Source: Veleropilina oligotropha | Lineage: Eukaryota | Assembly (NCBI GenBank): GCA_048128005.1 | Contig: JBEUKZ010000096.1 | Span: 372,001 to 436,000, forward strand | Reading direction: 5' to 3' | DNA: 64,000 bases | In this document: piece after piece, positions 17,001-32,000 of the stretch | Layout: each line of letters starts with the position of its first letter | Numbering within the stretch: the first letter of the stretch is position 1 | The notes under the pieces: generated by a model | Databases searched by the model: none | What the model was told of the DNA's origin: nothing | Seen by the model: the letters and a program-made list of their open reading frames with translations, nothing else | Made by a program: the position numbers and the translations under genes

Positions 17001-20000
17001 TGGATGAATAATATTATATACTGTAAGAACAGAAAATAGTGTGTGGTAGAAATTAATGCGAATATCCTTCGGACGCATTAATGTCAATGTGCATATTCGC
17101 TTTGTGCAAAATGGACAGAATATGTATTTTGTTTAATGTTATATATTTTTCAGTATATTTTATCTGGTTCAATTAAGGACATACAGACTCCCAATGAAGT
17201 GTGCGACAATTTATTAAGCTTAGTGAATAAGCTATTTGTAAAGCACAGTTAAGTGTTCGTCATTTCATACAAAACAATCGCACTTGCACAATTGAACAAA
17301 GCAGTCTTAAATTGCATCGATCGGATAATACCTGATTTCTTTGGACCATTTTTAATCACATTACGTTTCTATTGGTGGCATCAAACGAGATTAACCTTTT
17401 GCTATAATTGTTTCTTTACACATTGTATTGCTGCTGCATTTTGACTCATTTTGGTATATATGGATTGTTGATAGCAATTAACTAGTACCTGTATGTATTG
17501 CTGTCGATGTTTGAACACCATTACCTATAATCTAAGCTATTAATCAACAATTGAAAGTACTAAAACTTTTGCTGACAAATGTTTTGGTGGTGTATTCTAA
17601 GTATTACTGACATGCCATAAAAAATTCATTTTTTCCAAAATTCACAATTAATTTAAGAAAGAATTTTCGTTTGTATCAGGACTTGGCATTATTTTCAATA
17701 CGCATTCATTACCGTTTCTACGGTATTTTCTTTTGACCCAATTGATATAAAAATTATAAATGATATTATTTCAGGCACATTACGTCAGAGAAGTTCATCA
17801 TCGAGCCTCGTGACACAGGAGTCAGTGAATTACTGGTGATCGACAGAGTTAGTCAAGACATTTCTATCGAAGGTGAGACAGTGTTGCAATCATAACGCTT
17901 TGACTGTCAAATGTAATGAGTCTAGATGTAAAACAAATATATATATATATATAACAACGCTAGAAATTTAAAACCACTGGTCCAATGGACCACCTGGAAT
18001 TTTAAACACTGGTCAAATATAAAATTTACGGTCATAAAGTAATGATCAATAGCCTACATATATTATATTATAATATAGGCTATGCTAATAACTTTGCAAT
18101 GTACTAATGTGTGTGATACCAACTAACGTATCCTCTACCCAGCAAGTCGAGGGGTGTATCCCCTCCCTCGGGAGCAAAAATCGATAGGTGCCCTGTCCTC
18201 ATCATACCAAACGCGTATATCAAATCGGATGATATCTTTTCACTGTAGAGTGCGCACACGAAATCTCTCCAAACAAAATGGCCGCCACGGTGGCGATCTT
18301 TGATCTGAAAATGACGAAAATTGTTAGGCGGCGTGTCCTTATTATAACCAACGTGCATACCAAATTTGAATCAAATCTGATAAGATTTTAATGGTCAACT
18401 GGACCACCATATGTAAAAATGACTGGATTTCTGCAATTTTTAATGGTTTCAGACTAGTAAAACCATGCTTATTTCGAGTGTCTACAGACAGTAGACCCTA
18501 CTGATACTGTATATATATGTACATGTAGTCCAAGGGTCAATCATGATTGACCTGTTTCACAGTTAGCATTATACAAGCAATTCTTAATAAAATTAAAGTT
18601 CGAAATCAGGTTAGTTTATATGGGTGATTTTCTCAATACGGGCAGAAATGAACATGTTTAAAATCTCCGAAAAAAATGTTGCAGTATCACACTGAATTTT
18701 TTATGGTAGACGGTAGGCCCTATAGTGTAAAACTGATATATGAGCAGAGCTGATTTTCTCCAATTTTTATTCGGACGATGATGTTATGGTTCACTGGCAT
18801 GGGTTTTTCCACTCCGTTACCATTTAGAAAACAAGTTTTGTGATGATGTGCAAATCAAAATGCCTCTACAATCTTCACAGACTTGCATCTAATGGTATCC
18901 TTATCAATATAGAAGTCAAGAAGTAGTTCATCAATTTTGAATACTTTGAGACATAATTGAAATTTATTGCCAAAATGTAACGGAGCGGAAAAATTGGTAA
19001 CGGAGTGGAAAAGGAGGACTGGTAAACACTTATTTTGCACAACTATCAAAGTATTCATAATCGTATATTATACTGTAAAAGAGTGTTTTACTTAACATAA
19101 AATAGAATTATGTTGATAATTTCCGTTCTGTTGCTCCTTCACTCCACTCCGTTACAAGAAATGGTAACAGAGTGGAGGTAAAATGGTAACGTAGTGGACA
19201 TTTTTTCATGAAAATGGGTAGTAGCCATCATACACTTGGGAATAATTTGAAGATTCCTGTTCTTATGCATGAAGCCATCTTTCACTAATTTATCAATGAC
19301 ATTTAAAATGTTTGTTCTGTTTCCATGGTAACTAATGAAGGTAACGGAGTGGAGATTAAAAAGCATACTCATCTGATTCATCACATATACTGGACAATAT
19401 TGACATTGCCATGTGCAATGAATGATCAATAGCTTTGGGGTTTACACAAGCATTCTTTTTGAATGGACCATGTCTCATAGTTCAGAGGCTTATACATGGG
19501 ATGAGCTTCTATATTGATGGTAACGGAGTGGAGGTAATTTGCTCGGATATCAATAAAAACTGATTTTTTTTCAAAATGGAGATTTTGGAATGGGATTTTA
19601 GGCTACGATATCATACTACTAACAATAATGAATAATAATTTGTTTTGTGAGGTAATCAGCATGGAAAACTGTTGACGAATTTGACAAAGAATGTTATCAC
19701 CCTGATTTCTGACATTGATAAATGTAGGTAAAATCATCATTTAATCATGAAATAATAATAAAATGAAACACAATACACCATTGATAATTTAATATTAGAT
19801 AGAAAATGACGCAGGCCATGTTTAAATGGATCATATTTTTCCTGATACCCATCCATTACAAAATAACAGTACCGGACATGAATTATCAATATTTCTGCCC
19901 GTATTGAGAAAATCACCCATTATATATAGTTATTATATAAATGGCAAAAAAGGCACTACTATTGACACTGGAGGGAGCTCCTGTGTATTTTCCCTGACCG

Positions 20001-23000
20001 GTTTCGACCAACACTTATGGTCTCATCAGTACAGAGGAAAGTCTGAGATCTGAGTTTGAGGTGCCTCAGTAGGATATTAGCATGTGATGCAATATCAATC
20101 TGATTTATAGCAAATGGCCCAATGGGTTCCGGTAGGTAGACGATGTTAGATAAGATTGCAATGGGCATTGTGATGCAATATGTATCCGGTTGGAACTTTA
20201 TGCAAAATGTAGCCAGCAGTTGTTGGCCTGCATATATCCGGTATGTAGTTGGTATGTTTAGTTGCTGTTCAACATGTACAGTGTAAAATAGATAGTTCAT
20301 GGACCTAAACGATGATATTGTAGGTATTTTTTTACTTACTTTTAAGTAAGTAAAATTTTAGTTCCAAAAAAGTTCTAAAAGTAAGTAAAAAATACCTACA
20401 AAAATGTACAGTGTTTAACATTAAATTATCAACCATAATTGGTTTATTGCAGTATATTAAGTAGTTGTCCTTAGTTTATATAGATAGTTGCTTTCTTTAA
20501 AAAGTCAGTAAAAAGAAAATCTTATCAAGTTTGAAGGTACATTTAGCCATGACACTAAAATGACTAACTCTGTATAAGCTACACATGAGTCGGATGATGA
20601 CACAACTAGCAGCAGCCTGTTTTTAAATTGAATTACTCCTTATTTATCAATAGACATAAAATCAATATGTTATACAAATGCACGATATCCGGTTTCATGT
20701 GGTAGTTGCCCCGTAGACAAAAATCTAACCATATGCGACTGACAGCAGATTTCCGAAAGTGGCATATTTTGCATATTCACCAGAAAATCACTACTAAACA
20801 TGATCAAGGCAACGTAAATTATACATTATATATATATACATTACATGTACCTAATTATACTTAATAAGTAAATACATATTATGCCATATTAAATATATAT
20901 AAATTTGACCAATTCAAATCTGAATTTGTATAGATTTGAGTAAATTGTGCTGCCCCTTTTCACTTTCCCCATAATCCATTAATGACGCCATGTACTTTAT
21001 GCCTCTGTCTGCAGTTTGCCTGCTGTTCCCTCATTCATAAATGCTCTCTATTTCAGGGCACCAGGGTCAGGTCCCCCCTCATGCGATAACAAAGAACATA
21101 TGTGGAATATTCGGGGTGATCCGCCTCACGGCCGGTAAGTATCATGTAGCACAGTAATCGGTAAGAATTTCTATCTTTCGTTATATTATATATACTAGTT
21201 CATATTTTGTATAACTTTTTACTGCCACTTCTTCAGAACAGTGGGCGGCACCGAGAGTCATGTGGTTTTAGACTGGGAAGTTTGTACGTAGGTAAATTTG
21301 TTTAAACTACCACTTTTTGGCGATTTTTCGGCCTTATCGCAGCCGGGACACCCGGTTTAAGGTCTCGCTCCGATCTGACCGACATACATTAGGAATATGC
21401 CTTCTATTAGTTTTAAGCATTAGAACCCACATCCTACCGTCCCACTTAACGTTTTTCCAACGCTCTACCAGTTGAGCTAACAGACTCTGAAATCACTGGC
21501 TTGATTCCGCTGACAGGAACGGTAGTACGTTCAAATTTTGGTTGGGACATGAGCTTATTTGTTCACTTATGAATTCACAGCTGTCCGTAACTGGTTGGCG
21601 AGGGCGGTATTCCCTTTCCACCCGCGATAATATGACCATGTTCTGCTCTGAACCTTATGGTTGTAAATAAACAGGACATTAAGCATCGATCATACCCAAT
21701 TCAATCTTAGAACAGGGAGCTCTATTAATGCAGGGTCTTCACTGCGGCAATATGTATTAAAGCATGCCATGCATAATGAACATTTAAATCAACCCTACCT
21801 TGATGTTCACGCTATGATATTTATTTTCACAGAATACTAACATATTTTGAAAATATCCTGCATGGGACTGCAATAACACTATTCGGAACAGACTGAGTCT
21901 TACAAATGGATTATCTAAGATGCTGAAAATTATTGATAATTTTATTATTATACATTTATATAGTATTGCGACTTTACTAAATCTTTAGGTCCTTATCTCA
22001 TTGTGATAACCAAAAAGAGCAAAGTTGGAGAAATAAACGGTCAAACAATATGGAAGATTCTGGACACAGAAATCCACTCATACAAGCGCACCATGCTACA
22101 TCTGACGGAGCAACAGGTATGGGAAATCAGATATATTGTCCATCACTGGATTAACAATGTTTGTGATTAGCTGAGAGGTGGGTAAACCTCCATTCATAAA
22201 AATGATATGGGATAATGATCAAGTCAAACCTAGAACTGTTCAAAGTATATTTCAAAATATAGATTAAAATTTATATTTATTGAAAGGGAAATGGCGAATT
22301 ATTGGAATATAATTGATTATATTGATGCAGACAGCATTCGTGGTTATGGCCAGGATGTCGACTATGACTATTCTCATTGATCATACTTCAATTCTTAATA
22401 TGCGATACGACATGGATAATATTATTATTATTATTTAATACATTTATAATGCGCCTATTCTAGTGTAGCTCTAAGCGCAGTACAATGTATCACTAAAATT
22501 GTAATACACAAAAATATACAAGCGAAACATCTATAATACATCTATAGCGTGAATACAATAACAATAAACAGGTGGATTTTTTTATTTATTTTTATTTTGG
22601 TAATTACAAGCACAATCAGAAAGTAGGCTGAACTTCAAATAAGCATGAACACAATTAAGCAGGATAATAAATAGGTGTGAAGCAGGCAGTACTGAACTTC
22701 ATTATTATGATGTTGGATGAATTCGATTGTTAGTGAGACTATCAGGTTTGCATATGCATTGACAAATAGGTGTGTTTTCAATAACTTCCGAAATCCTGTC
22801 TGAGATGTACTTTCTCTTATTTTCGATGGGAGTTTGTTCCAGAGTGTAGGGGCATTGTTGATAAATGCTCTATCGCCATATTTATTCAATGTCCTGTTCT
22901 CTGTCAACAGTTGTAATTGCTGCGACCTAAGTGCTCGAATAGGTCGATGTTGAGCCAGAAGTTCACTGATATATCCAGGCGCCTTACCTTGTAGAGAATT

Positions 23001-26000
23001 GTAAACGAATGTAAGAATTTTGAAGATAATCCATTTCTCAACAGGGAGCCAATGTCGGGTAAATAACAGCTGGGTGGCATGGTCTCTTGGATGAGCAAGT
23101 AAGATCAACCGGGCTGCCGCATTTTGAACTAGCTGCAATCGGTTTATGAGGCCTACATTTATTCCGAAAAAAAAACTGTTGGAATAATCAAGGCGAGATA
23201 TGACATATGCATGCACAAGAAGCTTCGTCGCATCTAGTGTCAAAAAACGACGGATGCGTCTGATGTTCCTAAGAAATAATAATGAGCAATTAACTTTATC
23301 AGAGACGAATTTCTCCATCGACATGGTGTGGTCAAAGTAAGCGCATAAATTTCTTACAAATTCATTTGTGTTTATTTCTGTTGGGCCTACATGAAACTTT
23401 ACGTTTCGGGCATTTTTTATGTTATTTCTGGATCCAAATATAATAAACTCAGTTTTCTCATCATTGAGTTTTAACATGTTTGCGCACATCCAATGTTTAA
23501 TTTCTGAGACACAACTCTCTAACCTTTCGAGGCTTGCCGTAAACGAGCTTTTGGGGTCAAATGCAACATATATTTGACTGTCGTCAACATAGAAATGATA
23601 CTGTATTTTGACGCAATCTCTGCTATGGGAGTAACATACATCGAGAACAGAATAGGACCTAAAACAGAACCTTGTGGCACACCGTACGGAAGGGAAGCAC
23701 GGTCACATGTTATGCCATTTATGATAACGGTTTGTTTTTGCTCATGCAGACACGACTTGATCCATTTAAGAGCTAAATGGTTGATTCCAAAGTAGACGTT
23801 TTGCGATTAAACATAATTTGGTGGTCTATTGTATCAAAAGCTGCACTTAGATCAAGCATTGCGAGGGCAACCATTGACTTCTGATGAAGAGATTGAAGGA
23901 TGTCATTCTGTACCTTTAAAAGGGCGGTTTCTGTGGAGTGAACCATGCGTTACGCTGATTGGTATTTGTCTAAAAGCATGTGATTTTTCAAGTGAGCGTG
24001 TAATCGAATTGCTACAACACGCTCCACTAGTTCCGAAACAAAACTTAGATTTGAGACCGGTCAATAATTTTTCAAATTATTTTGATCCAAATTGGCCTTT
24101 TTCAGTAAGGGCTTAACCAACGCTCTCTTGAAGTTATCTGGGACATCTGAATTAGATAATGACAAGTTAACAAGACTAGTCAATATGGGCAACAATTCAT
24201 CAGAACAAGCTTTGAGCAGCCATGATGGTAAAGGGTCGAGTGTGCATGTAGATGATGATGACCTCATAATGATCGACTTGATTTCATCTTTCGTTGCAGG
24301 TTCATACGTCGAGAGTTTAATTTCATCACGTTTAGAATCCAAAACTTCATAAATTTCATCCACGGTTGATTTCATTTGCGATAATGAAATTGTGTTTCGT
24401 ATTTTGATTATTTTATCAATGAAGAAATCACTAAAAATATTAGGAAGCGATTCATCTTGGTAATCAGTTGGCAGAGGAGTAATCTTGTTCCATTGTAACA
24501 GATCTTTAGTTACATTAAAGAGCTTCTTTTGATCATCTTTGGAGTTAATGACTGTGTTTGAGAAAAATTCAGTTTTGGCATCGGCGAGAAGATGGTTAAC
24601 TAACTTGCACTGTCTCTTATATGCTTCAAAATCGGTGAGTTTGCCAGACTTATTACAGCGCCTTTCTAGACGTCGTCTGATTACTTTACCCTGACGGAGG
24701 TTGGCATTGTACAATTGTGTATTCGGTCTTATGATGACCGTTTTAGTGATCTCTGGAGCATGATTGTCGATGATATGCGTAATATCAGTGTTGTATTTGT
24801 CGACCAAGGGCGATAGGTCCGTTTCTTGTGGAAAGTCGATATGGGTTAGATCTGTTTTAAATTCAGTTATGCCGATATTTTTAAATTTACGGTAGCGAAT
24901 TTCTTTCGTCTCGGGTGCTGATCTTTCTATTTTCAAGTCAAATGAGATAAGAAAGTGATCCGATATCTGACAATCCAATGTTTTAGTACATTGTGGGAAA
25001 AGTTTGTCGTCTTGTGGAATTATCACACAGTCAAGTAAGTGATTACTTCTATGTGTTGGATCTCTCACAATTTGTGTGAGGCCACATGATGCTAGTAGGG
25101 AGTTGAATTTGATCACATCTGGGTTTCCAACGTCATCCAAGTGTTAAATTAACATCTCCAGCAATTAAAATATGTTCGTTGAAAGCTACTTAAGGTGTTT
25201 ATCAGAAATGTTGAACATTCTTCAAGAAACTGAGCTGCATTTTTGCCATCCATGTGGATCTGGTCTGTACACTGTGCATATGCAAATTGTTTTTCCCCTT
25301 ATTAATAGATTCGTTTCGATGACTTCAAAAGTATTGTACTTATCCGATGTTAATACCTTTATTTTGAGATTTGATCGATGAAGAACAGCAACTCCACCTC
25401 CCTTTCTTGGAATATGCTTAAACGTGAAGCCCATGGGAGTGCCTTGAGCAATGACGGCATCATCATCGGCATGCCAGAGGCATGTTTCAGTCATACATGT
25501 GATGAAACCAAGATTGCATTTCAGGAGGTTTGCATTTTTTTCCAGGAGATTGGGGTCAAATTTAAGGAGTATTTGTATCGCCAAGTTTTCGTCATATATT
25601 TGAAAATATTTGAATAAAAAGGCCTTCATAGAAATGAAATATTATTTTATTTATGCAATACCAATAAATATTATAATTAAATATATATATATTAAACACC
25701 ATAAAATAATTATATAATACAACCTTAAATATTTACAATTCTTATTATATATATCTTCAGTAAAGTACAACATGCACAGCTTTAATTACTTAATTACTTG
25801 ATCAGCATAGTAACATATGTTGTCATAACAAAATTAAACCTAAAAAAGCCGATTATCATTAATCATCTTAAATTTTTATAAGTTCTTGCCGACAATCCAG
25901 ATTACCTTTGCGGTTAGGCCTAATAGCTATGTACTTTGCCGATAAACGCAAACTGGTATTAAATCACTCTTGCTCAGAGCATGTCAGTTGCGCTAATCCC

Positions 26001-29000
26001 TATTATTTGGCAACTCTACTGAAACTCTTGATGAAACCGCCATTCTCGCTAGTAATTAAACAATAGACGTTTTCATAGCATTTATTATCCCCCGCGGCTT
26101 CCGAAGGAAAAAGCCGAAGGGGGATATAGGGATAGCATCCGTCCGTCCGTCCGTCCGTCGGTCCATCCGTCCGTCCTTCCGTCCGTCCGTCCCTCCCTCC
26201 GTCCGTCCGGTCACAATTTTGGTTAAAGTTTTTGGATAAGGTATTACATGCATTTAATGGATGAATAACTCAATCAAACCTATTTAGATGGAAAGTAGAC
26301 ATGTTTAGCCTTTAGTTGGAATCAAAAACAAAAAGATTTTTTATTTATTTTGTGAAAAAATAGCACTTTGAACATAAACATTTTTCGGTTAAAGTTTTTG
26401 GTGAACTTTTTTTTTTTTAGTATATCGATTGCTCAAGGAACATTTCGGCATACACAAGCTTTAATAATGGTTATATGGATGTGACCTGATACTCTGGCAA
26501 TGATTTACGCTATAATGTTATATAAATAATGCATGAAATTGGTGTTTTGGGACATATAAATTTAGTTACAAATTTTCAGTTAAAGTTTTTAACGGAGTGC
26601 TTATACAATGATCATTGCAATTTTTTGCATACTTATGCTTTGTTGGTGGCTATATTTATGCTACCTGCTAAGCCTGGCAGTGATATTGAACAAAATTTAA
26701 TATAAATAATTTGTGAAATTGGTGTTTTTTATATAGAATATTTAAATTTCTGTTAAATTGTTTAGGTTAAAGTTTTTCGATGATTGCATATAGGTTTAGT
26801 AAGTCAATTTTTAATGCATATTCTTTGGTGTTGGCCTTATTGGCACTACCTGCTATCCTTAATACAATTTAAAATAAATAATTGCTGTTTTTTTACATAG
26901 AAATTTAGTAAACATTTTCGGTTAAAGTTTTTCAATTAGCAAATATTGATTGATTAAGGCATGTTTTTGCAAACATATATGCATTGGTGTATGCTTCATA
27001 GTTGTTACCTACTATTCTGACAGTTATATTGATTAGTGCATATGGGTTGGGTCTGTTTTGCTACATGCTGCTCTGGCAGTGATGTTGCATTCAATTTAAC
27101 ACAAAATCTGTCTTAAATTTGTGTATTTGGACATAGAAATTTTGATTTATTTAACACAAATAATTTGTTACATTTGCAAGTTTGGACAAAGTTGTTCAAT
27201 TAGTGCATGTGGGCTGCTCAAGATATATTTTGTATGCTGGCTGATATATCTAGGAAGTAAAGCCCAATTTCAATAAGAAATCTCCATACCATCCAAACAT
27301 TGTACTAAATCTATTTCTTGCATATATTGACAAAATGCTTTACCGCGGGGGATACCGCTATATCGATAGCACTTGTTCCCAATTAATTTGCTTTATTAGC
27401 TCTATTGACATCTAATTCTTTGTGAACTACGGGCCTACATCAAAGTAGATCACAACGTTGATTCGAAAATTATCTTCGTATTAAATAGTAGAAATTTAAA
27501 TACCCGGTGCGAGATTATTTTGTAACGCAATATAAAGAGATCTGAAAGTCGGAAAACACTCTTATATTTCCGTAAATAGTTCCCGAAATTACTGCGCGAC
27601 ACCTATCAACACAAAAGCACGCTTCAATGTTTCAACAAAAGAACGTTGAGTGCTTGTGGTAAACGGCGTATCAAACGAATATTTTGACAATAATCTTCAT
27701 GCTCTATCGCGTTCTATCTACACAATTTATGTTGAGGTATATTGTTACAGCATCAACTGTATTTGACGAGTTGACGACTTATTAAACGAGTTCCGTTTAC
27801 CGACTTCAACACTTATGCGGATAAAAAATAACATTGCGAAAATAGCTTTGAGGGAGAAATCAAGATATTCCGGTAGGAATTTGTCATTTCGGGAGATTTC
27901 TGTCATTTCGGGAGTAGGCCATTTTGGGGGTGCCGATTTCGGGAGAATTATACTCCCGGCGGGAGGTATCACATGTATGGTTTCAGTTATACAAAATATA
28001 TCTATATTATTGTCTGTTACTAAATCATGCAAAACATTAACTTTATTTCTATTTAAACCGACCTAGCATTCAAAACACTACAGTTTATTAATTCGTGGCA
28101 TATGGTAGGAGTTTTATTTACACTTGCTAATATTCTTTTTCCTTTTGGGCAGGCATAAATTATCTCATCTCTTGCGGATACTATAGTGGGAATAGGGAAT
28201 TGATTACGGATCGTTTGCGGTTGCCAAATATTCAGCTGAAATAGAGTTTTCTTTAATTTCCTATTTGGTTTGAGGGAAGGTGTTGACAATTGCCTGAGTG
28301 TTTCAGAGCTGTACTGAAGTTGATTATCCATGGGACATCTTGCTACACAAGAATACTGTGATTGTATTGAAGGACAATAACTTACGAATTAATTGTCACT
28401 AATTTATTATGCTACAACAATTTCCTGAAAGAACAAAGGCTAATTCGGTCTAATGATCACAGCTCGTTGGTCTTGGTTGAACAATTACCACAGGCTGAAA
28501 AGAAGACCTATTGTACTAATGTAATACAGTATAACACAATTTAATTTTGATAAAATAATAACTTATACTTAGCTGAATGTGATGAATCTAGCAGCACTTG
28601 AATCAGTTCGTCTTTAACTTTCTTGTAGTATACTTTTTTGAAGATACGAGTAAATATTGGTTGGTAAACTTAGGCTTTAAACACAGAGCATAAAAACATG
28701 TCCACTCTGTAAGCCAGACTAAATCATAATCATATTATAGGGTCATTATTCAATTATATTATTATTTGAAAAACTAAGAATGCTTGAAATTTATTTTTAG
28801 TTGTTTAACAACTTGTTCTGAAATCTGTCATTCTGGTAAATCGTGGATTGTTCATTATGATAATAGATTAAATAGGATATGTAATCTTAAATGTTCTTAT
28901 TTAAAATTATTGAGAGATATCATAATGTTACATGTAATGAATAGAGGATCTCATATGAGTGGTAATGTAATATCACATTTATGATACAAGTTTAACTAAT

Positions 29001-32000
29001 TTTCATATTTTCCGATGCTTGCCGAGGAAAATATGAAAATTAGTTAAACGAGTTTCATAAATGTGATATTACATTACCACGAGTGTGAGGTTCTATTTAT
29101 CACATATCGCTCTTTGGCAGGAAACAAACTACAAACTCACGAAATTGCCTTACCGGTCGAAGAATCAGCAGTAGATTGAAGGCGACATTACGGCGTAGTG
29201 ATATGTAAACAGTTTAATGCAAAAGGCATCGTGTTTACTCATTACATAAATTAGTAACAATGCCGTCTAAAAAGAGTGCGAAAGGTTTTCATTAATGAAG
29301 TTAACTAACAAATATTCTTTGAAAATGAACCGATGTAACTTTATATAAACTATATGAACGTATTAGAATAACAATTTTCATTAAGTTTGATGTCAAAATG
29401 TCTGCTGTCGCGGAGCCACATACCTGCATAAATGTGATTGTTGCGTCTGCAATCTCGTTACCTCGAAATCAGTTCCAATAATCTCTACCATGTTGCTGTT
29501 TTATGGCCTTTGTTATAAATGTTTACACTATCGCCGCCATAATGTCAACATTAAAAATATTGGCGGCAATCACGTTATGACATTATAGTAAATAATAGGT
29601 AGAATAAAAAGTGCGCTCGACCTCTAGTGACACGCATTTCTATTGGCTGTTCTAATTTCATTCATTAGATCATCCAATCGCATTTGGATATGACTGTTGA
29701 CACATGTGTAATACGACAAATAATACACGGTGTTGCACTATGGGAAAATGACCAAGATATGTGATAAATATGAATACTTTTAAATTATTATATTACCATT
29801 TATTTTTAAGATAAGTACAAACAAGATTTACCTGTCTATGGTAGAAAGTGTCCTGAAGCGAGAACATTATTATTTTTCCACGACGTACGACCTCTCTCAC
29901 TCACTCCAGCGATTGCACAACACAAGTCCAGATTTTCTCGCCATGCCGTTACATGAAAGGGTACGTATTTATTAAGGCCATGAATGACTGATCGTCACTG
30001 GCTTTAATGCTTTTCTCGCTTGAATCTTCGTTTTCACTATTGATCGAATGGATAAAACTTGTGACTGTATTTGATTTCTATATTGAGTTGAATCAGATAT
30101 TCAAAAGTCAAGTAAAACTGACACAACAACTTTTTCAATATATTTTACGTGTATGTGTATAACACCTTTTAACATCTTTTGTGCAAAAGGTGGTGATATA
30201 TATCATAAAAAAATTTCATGTAGAATAAATGTTGGCTTAATTCTGAACACATTGATGAATGATACCAAATAAATGTGCTGAAGATTAAATCAAAATATGA
30301 ATCAGCGCAAATATTATAAACAATTGTAGGAATATCTTTTAAAAATGTCCAAGAACACAGCATATTTCTATGCCACAGAGTCAGGAATGAAAGAGTTAAA
30401 TAAATATTTATATTAATACCCATGTTGCATATATATATGACAGTATTGTTTTTAATATAATTTCAGGCAGATCAGCGTTTTGTATGGAATGCCCACGTGC
30501 TGCGTGAACTGGCCCAGCAGCCCGAACTGAGTCGATACTGTCTTCCAATAATTCACGGCTGTATCCATTATAATTAACTTTTAATTTAGTATGTAATTGG
30601 ATATATATTTACAACCTTCAAGTACGAGGCCGAACATGTTCATATTATTGCCGGAGGAAAGCATGTTCACCTGGGGAAACACGCTCTCTCCGGCCAGTTA
30701 GGGACAACTGTGATTGATAACTGAACAAAGAATGTCGACGCCCCAGCCGAGATTCGACTCCACTCCTGTTAGTTAGCGCAATCGAGCCAGTGATTTCAGA
30801 GTCGGCACTCGAGACCACGCGACTACCATTGCTGCAATTAACTTTAGAAGTTGCGTGAATAATGTAAATGCCTCAAAAACTATTAATATATATCGATAAT
30901 GTTATAATATATATATAATACTTAATATATAATGAAGTCGAATAGATAAAATCGCAATGTGTGATCAACATATTTTAGTTGTATATTTCTGCTCTTTATT
31001 TAATCTCATGCATTCCCCATCAGTCATGTTGGTCAATAACCAACAGATCTAGAGGCAGGTATGTTTCACTGAATATTCCAGGCTTTCCTCCCAAGACAAC
31101 ATGTGGACATATCTCAACATTATCTTAGATGTTAAACGTAAAGAGTCTACTCAGATTTAAATGAAATTTATTTGTGAATGCCACTCAGGTTTATCAGTTA
31201 TTCATCGCATTAGTCTTGTGCTGGATAAAGCGGTGCACCGAAGTTGTGATGAATAAGTAAGTGGCTCCCAATTAACTCGCCGGATTGCTCTGATTTCCCT
31301 TGTGACCAGGTTTTCATCCCGAAATAATATGAGCAGGTCCTGGTATGACCCTTTAGGGTATGATGTTAAAAGGGGATCCAAAGCATAGAACAAGTGAGTT
31401 GGAAACACCCAGATACACTACACCAAAGATACAAGTGGAAATGTCCTAATATGACCACGACTTGTGGATGTTTGTTGCTTGACTTGTGGATGTTTATTGC
31501 TTTACTTGTGGATGTTAAATTTGTTGCTTTACTTGTGGATGTTTGTTGCTTTACTTGTGGATGTTTGTTGCTTGACTTGTGGATGTTTGTTGCTTGACTT
31601 GTGGATGTTTGTTGCTTTACTTGTGGATGTTTGTTGCTTTACTTGTGGATGTTTGTGTCTTTACTTGTGGATGTTTGTTGCTTGACTTGTGGATGTTTGT
31701 TGCTTTACTTGTGGATGTTTGTTGCTTTACTTGTGGATGTTTGTTGCTTTACTTGTGGATGTTTGTTGCTTTGCTTGTGGATGTTTGTTGCTTTACTTGT
31801 GGATGTTTGTTGCTTTACTTGTGAATGTTTGTTGCTTTACTTGTGGATGTTTATTGCTTGACTTGTGGTTGTTTATTGCTTTACTTGTGGATGTTTGTGT
31901 CTTTACTTGTGGATGTTTATTGCTTTACTTGTGGATGTTTGTGTCTTTATTTGTGGATGTTTATTGCTTTACTTGTGGATGTTTGTTGCTTTACTTGTGG

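Larger units (their letters stand above)
22420..28710 (-). mobile_element. L2/CR1-group LINE, near full length, frameshifted, interrupted at 25492-27979
   Basis: APE endonuclease start ([15 protein letters not shown]); RT-region ORFs 24061-25140 and 22635-23489 ([22 protein letters not shown]); (AAT)n 3' tail at ~22420. Confidence 0.88.

Noticed and set aside
20318..20400. AT-rich inverted repeat as a miRNA hairpin
   Set aside because: Low complexity, and more likely the remnant of a small DNA transposon.
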